A DNA stretch of 64,000 bases from positions 305,784,001-305,848,000 of the forward strand of contig OZ024743.1 in NCBI GenBank assembly GCA_964016885.1, read 5' to 3'. Numbering within the stretch: the first letter of the stretch is position 1; each line of letters starts with the position of its first letter. This document shows, piece by piece, positions 54,001 to 64,000 of the stretch. This stretch comes from Eledone cirrhosa. Its lineage: Eukaryota. The position numbers and the translations under genes were made by a program. The notes under the pieces were generated by a model, which made no database searches, was not told the origin of the DNA, and worked only from the letters and a program-made list of their open reading frames with translations.

Positions 54001-57000
54001 TGATCTATATGTCTAGGTACAGTATATATACCATAGAGAACAGAGATGGTCTATATCTATAGGTACAGTATATATACCTTAGAGAACAGAGATGGTCTAT
54101 ATTTCTAGGTACAGTATATATACCCTAGTAACAGAGATAGTATATATGTCTAGGTACAGTATATATACCTTAGAGAACAGAGATAGTCTATATCTCTAGA
54201 TACACTATATATACCCTAGAGAACAGAGATGGTCTATATGTCTAGTTACAGTATATCTACCCTAGAGAACAGATTTGGTCTATATCTTTACGTACAGTAT
54301 ATATACCTTCGAGAACAGAGATGGCCTATATCTCTAGGTACTATATATATACCTTAGAGAACAGAGATGGTCTCTATGTCTAGATACAGTATATATACCT
54401 AAGAGAACAGAGATAGTCTATATCTCTAGGTACAGTATATATACCTTAGAGAACATAGATGGTATATACCTCTGGGTACAGTATGTTTACCCTAGAGAAC
54501 AGAGATAGACTATATCTCTCGGTACAGTATATATACCCTAGAGAAGAGAGATGGTCTATATATCTAGGTACAGTATAAATACCCGAGAAAACAGAGATGG
54601 TCTACATCTCTAGGTACAGTATATATACCCTAGAGAACAGAGATGGTCTATATGTCTAGGTACAGTATATATACCTTAATGAAGAGAGATGGTCTATATC
54701 TCTAGGTATAGTATATATACCCTAGAGAAGAGAGATGGTCTATATCTCTAGGTAGAGTATATATACCCTAGAGAAGAGAGAAGGTCTATATCTCTAGGTA
54801 CAGTATAAATACCCTAGAGAACAGAGATGGTCTATATCTCTAGGTACGGTATATATACCTTAAAGAAGAGAGATGGTCTATATCTCTAGGTACAGTATAT
54901 ATACCTTAAAGAACAGAGATGGTCTATATGTCTAAGTACAGTGTATATACCCTAGAGAACAGAGATGGTCTATATCTCTAGGTACACTATATATATCCTA
55001 GAGAACAGAGATGGTCTGTATGTCTAGGTACAGTATATATACCATAGAGAACAGAGATGGTCTATATCTCTAGGTACACTATATATACCCTAGAGAACAG
55101 AGATGGTCTATATCTCTAGGTACAGTATATATACCCTAGAAACAGAGATAGACTATATGTCTAGGTACAGTATATATACCTTAGAGAACAGAGATGGTCT
55201 ATATCTCTAGGTACAGTATATATACCTTAGAGAACAGAGATGGTCTATATGTCTAGATACAGTATATATACCTTAGAGAACAGAGATGGTCTATATCTCT
55301 AGGTACAGTATATATAGCCTAGAGAACAGAGATGGTCTATATCTCTAGGTACAGTATAAATACCCTAGAGAACAGAGATGGTCTATATCTCTAGGTACAG
55401 TATATATAGCCTAGAGAACAGAGATGGTCTATATGTCTAGGTACAGTATATATACCTTAAATAAAAGAGATGGTCTGTATCTCTAGGTACAGTATATATA
55501 CCTTAAAGAAGTGAGATGGTCTATATCTCTAGGTACAGTATATATACCCTAGAGAACAGATTTGGTCTATATCTCTAGGTACAGTATATATACCTTCGAG
55601 AACAGAGATGGCCTGTATCTCTAGGTACTGTATATATACCCTAGAGAACAGAGATGGTCTATAACTCTAGGTACAGTATATATACCTTAGAGAACAGAGA
55701 TGGTCTCTATGTCTAGATACAGTATATATACCTTAGAGAACAGAGATAGTCTATATCTCTAGGTAGAGTATATATACCTTAGAGAACATAGATGGTCTAT
55801 ATCTCTGGGTACAGTATGTTTACCCTAGAGAACAGAGATAGACTATATCTCTAGGTACAGTATATAGACCCTAGAGAAGAGAGATGGTCTATATCTCTAG
55901 GTACAGTATAAATACCCTAGAGAACAGAGATGGACTACATCTCTAGGTACGGTATATATACCCTTGAGAACAGAGATGGTCTATATGTCTAGGTACAGTA
56001 TATATACCTTAATGAAGAGAGATGGTCTGTATCTCTAGGTATAGTATATATACCTTAAAGAAGAGAGATGGTCTATATCTCTAGGTACAGTATATATACC
56101 CTAGAGAACAGAGATGGTCTATATCTCTAGGTACAGTATATATACCTTAGAGAACAGAGATGGTCTATATGTCTAGGTACAGTATATATATCCGAGAGAA
56201 CAGATTTGGTCTATATCTCTAGGTACAGTATATATAACTTCGAGAACAGAGATGGCCTATATCTCTAGGTACAGTATATATACCCTAGAGAACAGAGGTG
56301 GTCTATATCTCTAGGTATAGTATATATACCCTAGAAAAGAGAGATGGTCTATATCTCTAGGTACAGTATATATACCCTAGAGAAGAGAGATGGTCTATAT
56401 CTCTAGGTACATTATAAATACCCTAGAGAACAGAGATGGTCTATATCTCTAGGTACAGTATATATACCTTAAAGAACAGAGATGGTCTATATGTCTAAGT
56501 ACAGTGTATATACCATAGAGAACAGAGATGGTCTATATCTCTAGGTACACTATATATATCCTAGAGAACAGAGATGGTCTATATGTCTAGGTACAGTATA
56601 TATACCATAGAGAACAGAGATGGTCTATATCTCTAGGTACACTATATATACCCTAGAGAACAGAGATGGTCTATATGTCTAGGTACAGTATATATAGCCT
56701 AGAGAACAGATGGTCTATATCTCTAGATACACTACATATACCCTAGAGAACAGACATGGTCTATATGTCTAGGTACAGTATATATACCCTAGAGAACAGA
56801 GATGGTCTATATCTCTAGGTACACTATATATACGCTAGAGAACAGATATGGTCTATATGCCTAGGTACAGTATATATACCTTAGAGAACAGAGATGGTCT
56901 ATATCTCTAGGTACAGTATATATTCCCTAGAGAACAGAGATGGTGTATATCTCCAAGTACAGTATATATACCTTAGAGAACAGAGATGGTCTATATCTCT

Positions 57001-60000
57001 AGGTACAGTATATATAACCTACAGAATAGAGATGGTCTATATATCTAGGTACAGTATATATACCTTAGAGAACAGAGATGGTCTATATGTCTAGGTACAA
57101 TATATATAACTTAAAGAAGAGAGCTGGTCTATATCTCTAGGTACAGTAAATATACCTTAGAGAACAGAGATGGTCTATATCTCTAGGTACACTATATATA
57201 CCTTAGAGGACAGTGATAGTCTATATCTCTAGGTACAGTATATATACCTTTGAGAACGGAGATGGTCTATATCTCTGGGTACTGTATATATACCTTAGAG
57301 AACAGAGTTTGTCTAGTTCTCTAGGTTCAGTATATATATCCTAGAGAACAGATTTGGTCTATATCTCTATGTACAGTATATATACCTTCGAGAACAGAGG
57401 TGGTCTATATCTCTAGGTACAGTATATATACCTTAGAGAACAGAGATGGTCTCTATGTCTAGATACAGTATATATACCTTAAAGAAAAGAGATGGTCTGT
57501 ATCTCTAGGTACAGTATATATACCTTAAAGAAGTGAGATGGTCTATATCTCTAGGTACAGTATATATACCCTAGAGAACAGATTTGGTCTATATCTCTAG
57601 GTACAGTATATATACCTTCGAGAACAGAGATGGCCTATATCTCTAGGTACTGTATATATACCCTAGAGAACAGAGATGGTCTATATCTCTAGGTACAGTA
57701 TATATACCTTAGAGAACAGAGATGGTCTCTATGTCTAGATACAGTATATATACCTTAGAGAACAGAGATAGTCTATATCTCTAGGTAGAGTATATATACC
57801 TTAGAGAACATAGATGGTCTATATCTCTGGGTACAGTATATTTACCCTAGAGAACAGAGATAGACTATATCTCTAGGTACAGTATATAGACCCTAGAGAA
57901 GAGAGATGGTCTATATCTCTAGGTACATTATAAATACCCTAGAGAACAGAGATGGTCTATATCTCTAGGTACAGTATATATACCTTAAAGAACAGAGATG
58001 GTCTATATGTCTAAGTACAGTGTATATACCATAGAGAACAGAGATGGTCTATATCTCTAGGTACACTATATATATCCTAGAGAACAGAGATGGTCTATAT
58101 GTCTAGGTACAGTATATATACCATAGAGAACAGAGATGGTCTATATCTCTAGGTACACTATATATACCCTAGAGAACAGAGATGGTCTATATGTCTAGGT
58201 ACAGTATATATAGCCTAGAGAACAGATGGTCTATATCTCTAGATACACTACATATACCCTAGAGAACAGACATGGTCTATATGTCTAGGTACAGTATATA
58301 TACCCTAGAGAACAGAGATGGTCTATATCTCTAGGTACACTATATATACGCTAGAGAACAGATATGGTCTATATGCCTAGGACAGTATATATACCTTAGA
58401 GAACAGAGATGGTCTATATGTCTAGGTACAGTATATATTCCCTAGAGAACAGAGATGGTCTATATCTCTAGGTACGGTAAATATACCTTAGAGAACAGAG
58501 ATGGTCTATATCTCTAGGTACACTATATATACCTTAGAGGACAGTGATAGTCTATATCTCTAGGTACAGTATATATACCTTTGAGAACTGAGATGGTCTA
58601 TATCTCTGGGTACTGTATATATACCTTAGAGAACAGAGTTTGTCTAGTTCTCTAGGTTCAGTATATATATCCTAGAGAACAGATTTGGTCTATATCTCTA
58701 TGTACAGTATATATACCTTCGAGAACAGAGGTGGTCTATATCTCTAGGTACAGTATGTATACCTTAGAGAACAGAGATGGTCTCTATGTCTAGATACAGT
58801 ATATATACCTTAAAGAAAAGAGATGGTCTGTATCTCTAGGTACAGTATATATACCTTAAAGAAGTGAGATGGTCTATATCTCTAGATACACTATATATAC
58901 CCTAGAGAACAGAGATGGTCTATATGTCTAGGTACAGTATATATAGCCTAGAGAACAGAGATGGTCTATATCTCTAGGTACAGTATATATACCTTAGAGA
59001 ACAGAGATGGTCTCTATGTCTAGATACAGTATATATACCTTAGAGAACAGAGATAGTCTATATCTCTAGGTAGAGTATATATACCTTAGAGAACATAGAT
59101 GGTCTATATCTCTGGGTACAGTATGTTTACCCTAGAGAACAGAGATAGACTATATCTCTAGGAACAGTATATAGACCCTAGAGAAGAGAGATGGTCTATA
59201 TCTCTAGGTACAGTATAAATACCCTAGAGAACAGAGATGGTCTACATCTCTAGGTACGGTATATATACCCTAGAGAACAGAGATGGTCTATATGTCTAGG
59301 TACAGTATATATACCTTAATGAAGAGAGATGGTCTGTATCTCTAGGTACAGTATATATACCTTAAAGAAGAGAGATGGTCTATATCTCTAGGTACAGTAT
59401 ATATACCCTAGAGAACAGAGATGGTCTATATCTCTAGGTACAGTATATATACCTTAGAGAACAGAGATGGCCTATATCTCTAGGTACAGTATATATACCC
59501 TAGAGAACAGAGATGGTCTATATCTCTAAGTATAGTATATATACCCTAGAGAAGAGAGATGGTCTATATCTCTAGGTACAGTATATATACCCTAGAGAAG
59601 AGAGATGGTCTATATCTCTAGGTACAGTATAAATACCCTAGAGAACAGAGATGGTCTATATCTCTAGGTACAGTATATATACCTTAGAGAACAGAGATGG
59701 TCTATATGTTTAGGTACAATATATATACCTTAAAGAAGAGAGATGGTCTATATCTCTAGGTACAGTATATATACCTTAAAGAACAGAGATGGTCTATATG
59801 TCTAAGTACAGTGTATATACCCTAGAGAACAGAGATGGTCTATATGTCTAGGTACAGTATATATACCCTAGAGAACAGAAGGTCTATATCTCTAGGTACA
59901 CTATATATACCCAAGAGAACAGAGATGGTCTATATCTCTAGGTAGAATATATATACACTAGAGAACAGAGATGGTCTATATGTCTAGGTACCGTATATAT

Positions 60001-63000
60001 ACTTTAGAGAACAGAGATGGTATATATCTCAAGGTACCCTAGAGAACAGATGGTCTATATGTCTAGGTACAATATATATACCTTAAAGAAGAGAGATGGT
60101 CTATATCTCTAGGTACAGTATATATAGCTTAGAGAACAGAGAAGCTCTATATCTCTAGGTACAGTATATATACCTTAGAGAAGAGAGATGGTCTATATCT
60201 CTAGGTACAGTATATATACCTTAGAGAACAGAGATAGTCTATATGTCTAGCTACAGTGTATATATACTAGAGAACAGATATGGTCTATATGTCTAGGTAC
60301 AGTATATATACCCTAGAGAACAGAGATGGTCTATATCTCTAGGTACACTATATATACGCTAGAGAACAGATATGGTCTATATCTCTAGGTACAGTATATA
60401 TACCTTTGAGAACAGAGATGGTCTATATCTCTAGGTACAGTATATATATCCTACAGAATAGAGATGGTCTATATCTCTTGGTACAGTATATATACCTTAG
60501 AGAACAGAGATGGTCTATATGTCTAGGTACAATATATATACCTTAAAGAAGAGAGATGGTCTATATCTCTAGGTACAGTAAATATACCTTAGAGAACAGA
60601 GATGGTCTATATCTCTAGGTACACTATATATACGCTAGAGAACAGATATGGTCTATAAGTCTAGGTACAGTATATATACCTTAGAGAACAGAGATGCTCT
60701 ATATCTCTAGGTACACTATATATACCTTAGAGGACAGTGATAGTCTATATCTCTAGGTACAATATATATACCTTTGAGAACTGAGATGGTCTATATCTCT
60801 AGGTAGAGTATATATACCTTAGAGAACATAGATGGTCTATATCTCTGGGTACAGTATGTTTACCCTAGAGAACAGAGATAGACTATATCTCTAGGTACAG
60901 TATATAGACCCTAGAGAAGACAGATGGTCTATATCTCTAGGTACAGTATAAATACCCTAGAGAACAGAGATGGTCTACATCTCTAGGTACGGTATATATA
61001 CCCTAGAGAACAGAGATGGTCTATATGTCTAGGTACAGTATATATACCTTAATGAAGAGAGATGGTCTGTATCTCTAGGTACAGTATATATACCTTAAAG
61101 AAGAGAGATGGTCTATATCTCTAGGTACAGTATATATACCCTAGAGAACAGAGATGGTCTATATCTCTAGGTACAGTATATATACCTTAGAGAACAGAGA
61201 TGGTCTATATGTCTAGGTACAGTGTATATACCCGAGAGAACAGATTTGGTCTATATCTCTAGGTACAGTATATATACCTTCGAGAACAGAGATGGCCTAT
61301 ATCTCTAGGTACAGTATATATACCCTAGAGAACAGAGGTGGTCTATATCTCTAGGTATAGTATATATACCCTAGAAAAGAGAGATGGTCTATATCTCTAG
61401 GTACAGTATATATACCCTAGAGAAGAGAGATGGTCTATATTTCTAGGTACATTATAAATACCCTAGAGAACAGAGATGGTCTATATCTCTACGTACAGTA
61501 TATATACCTTAAAGAACAGAGATGGTCTATATGTCTAAGTACAGTGTATATACCATAGAGAACAGAGATGGTCTATATCTCTAGGTACACTATATATATC
61601 CTAGAGAACAGAGATGGTCTATATGTCTAGGTACAGTATATATACCATAGAGAACAGAGATGGTCTATATCTCTAGGTACACTATATATACCCTAGAGAA
61701 CAGAGATGGTCTATATGTCTAGGTACAGTATATATAGCCTAGAGAACAGATGGTCTATATCTCTAGATACACTATATATACCCTAGAGAACAGACATGGT
61801 CTATATGTCTAGGTACAGTATATATACCCTAGAGAACAGAGAGGGTCTATATCTCTAGGTACACTATATATACGCTAGAGAACAGATATGGTCTATATGC
61901 CTAGGTACAGTATATATACCTTAGAGAACAGAGATGGTCTATATGTCTAGGTACAGTATATATTCCCTAGAGAACAGAGATGGTCTATATCTCCAAGTAC
62001 AGTATATATACCTTAGAGAACAGAGATGGTCTATATCTCTAGGTACAGTATATATAACCTACAGAATAGAGATGGTCTATATATCTAGGTACAGTATATA
62101 TACCTTAGAGAACAGAGATGGTCTATATGTCTAGGTACAATATATATAACTTAAAGAAGAGAGCTGGTCTATATCTCTAGGTACAGTAAATATACCTTAG
62201 AGAACAGAGATGGTCTATATCTCTAGGTACACTATATATACCTTAGAGGACAGTGATAGTCTATATCTCTAGGTGCAGTATATATACCTTTGAGAACTGA
62301 GATGGTCTATATCTCTGGGTACTGTATATATACCTTAGAGAACAGAGTTTGTCTAGTTCTCTAGGTTCAGTATATATATCCTAGAGAACAGATTTGGTCT
62401 ATATCTCTATGTACAGTATATATACCTTCGAGAACAGAGGTGGTCTATATCTCTAGGTACAGTATATATACCTTAGAGAACAGAGATGGTCTCTATGTCT
62501 ACATACAGTATATATACCTTAGAGAACAGAGATAGTCTATATCTCTAGGTACAGTATATATACCTTAGAGAACATAGATTGTCTAATATCTCTGGGTACA
62601 GTATGTTTACCCTAGAGAACAGAGCTGGTCTATATCTCTAGGTACAGGATATATACCCTAGAGAAGAGAGATGGTCTATATCTCTAGGTACAGTATAAAT
62701 ACCCTAGAGAACAGAGATGGTCTATATCTCTAGGTACAGTATATATACCCTAGAGAACAGAGATGGTCTATATGTCTAGGTACATTATATATACCTCAAT
62801 GAAGAGAGATGGTCTGTATCTCTAGGTACAGTATATATACCTTAAAGAAGAGAGATGGTCTATATCTCTAGGTACAGTATATATACCCTAGAGAAGAGAG
62901 ATGGTCTATATCTCTAGGTACAGTATATATACCTTAGAGAACAGAGATGGCCTATATCTCTAGGTACAGTATATATACCCTAGAGAACAGAGATGGTCTA

Positions 63001-64000
63001 TATCTCTAAGTATAGTATATATACCCTAGAGAAGAGAGATGGTCTATATCTCTAGGTACAGTATATATACCCTAGAGAAGAGAGATGGTCTATATCTCTA
63101 GGTACAGTATGAATACCCTAGAGAACAGAGATGGTCTATATCTCTAGGTACAATATATATACCTTAGAGAACAGAGATGGTCTATATGTTTAGGTACAAT
63201 ATATATACCTTAAAGAAGAGAGATGGTCTATATCTCTAGGTACAGTATATATACCTTAAAGAACAGAGATGGTCTATATGTCTAAGTACAGTGTATATAC
63301 CCTAGAGAACAGAGATGGTCTATATGTCTAGGTACAGTATATATACCCTAGAGAACAGAAGGTCTATATCTCTAGGTACACTATATATACCCAAGAGAAC
63401 AGAGATGGTCTATATCTCTAGGTAGAATATATATACACTAGAGAACAGAGATGGTCTATATGTCTAGGTACCGTATATATACTTTAGAGAACAGAGATGG
63501 TATATATCTCAAGGTACCCTAGAGAACAGATGGTCTATATGTCTAGGTACAATATATATACCTTAAAGAAGAGAGATGGTCTATATCTCTAGGTACAGTA
63601 TATATAGCTTAGAGAACAGAGAAGCTCTATATCTCTAGGTACAGTATATATACCTTAGAGAAGAGAGATGGTCTATATCTCTAGGTACAGTATATATACC
63701 TTAGAGAACAGAGATAGTCTATATGTCTAGCTACAGTGTATATATACTAGAGAACAGATATGGTCTATATGTCTAGGTACAGTATATATACCCTAGAGAA
63801 CAGAGATGGTCTATATCTCTAGGTACACTATATATACGCTAGAGAACAGATATGGTCTATATCTCTAGGTACAGTATATATACCTTTGAGAACAGAGATG
63901 GTCTATATCTCTAGGTACAGTATATATATCCTACAGAATAGAGATGGTCTATATCTCTTGGTACAGTATATATACCTTAGAGAACAGAGATGGTCTATAT
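24060..64000. repeat. 46-bp satellite array, >=40 kb (~870 copies), consensus CC(C/T)TAGAGAACAGAGATGGTCTATAT(C/G)TCTAGGTACAGTATATATA; runs off the window end
   Basis: The 46-bp period was measured directly (AGAACAGAGA at 24361 and 24407). The orientation is uniform and I saw no interrupting non-satellite sequence. Confidence 0.98.

Noticed and set aside
24060-64000. CRISPR array or coding repeat (ORFs at 47154, 56894, 61934)
   Set aside because: There are no spacers, 46 is not a multiple of 3, and the short ORFs arise by chance loss of stops in variant monomers.

Overview
AT-rich, microsatellite-dense animal genomic DNA, probably octopus or another coleoid cephalopod (inferred from the SINE and RTE families). 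The first ~24 kb is a patchwork of decayed mobile elements: a Neptune-type Penelope-like retroelement (RT thumb, Cys linker, GIY-YIG), several RTE-clade LINE fragments, a Vingi/Ingi-like 3' end, a mariner relic, a probable non-autonomous Helitron and tRNA-derived SINEs. It also holds two long fold-back palindromes and a 31-bp minisatellite of ~4.1 kb. Three + strand exons (15374-~15498, 19186-19343, 21110-21256) encode a split SRCR domain followed by the start of a MAM domain; they carry an in-frame TGA and an apparently non-canonical donor. From ~24.06 kb to the window end lies a >=40-kb array of a 46-bp satellite rich in dyad symmetry, with several kb-scale internal duplications. Most notable: (i) five minimal hammerhead-ribozyme-like motifs (four distinct sequences) between 3.9 and 7.9 kb, including a U3-A8 core variant in both arms of a 250-bp inverted repeat; (ii) the SRCR-MAM gene, whose two apparent lesions could both in principle be bypassed by A-to-I editing (speculative). 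Most ORFs in the supplied track are microsatellite or satellite artefacts.
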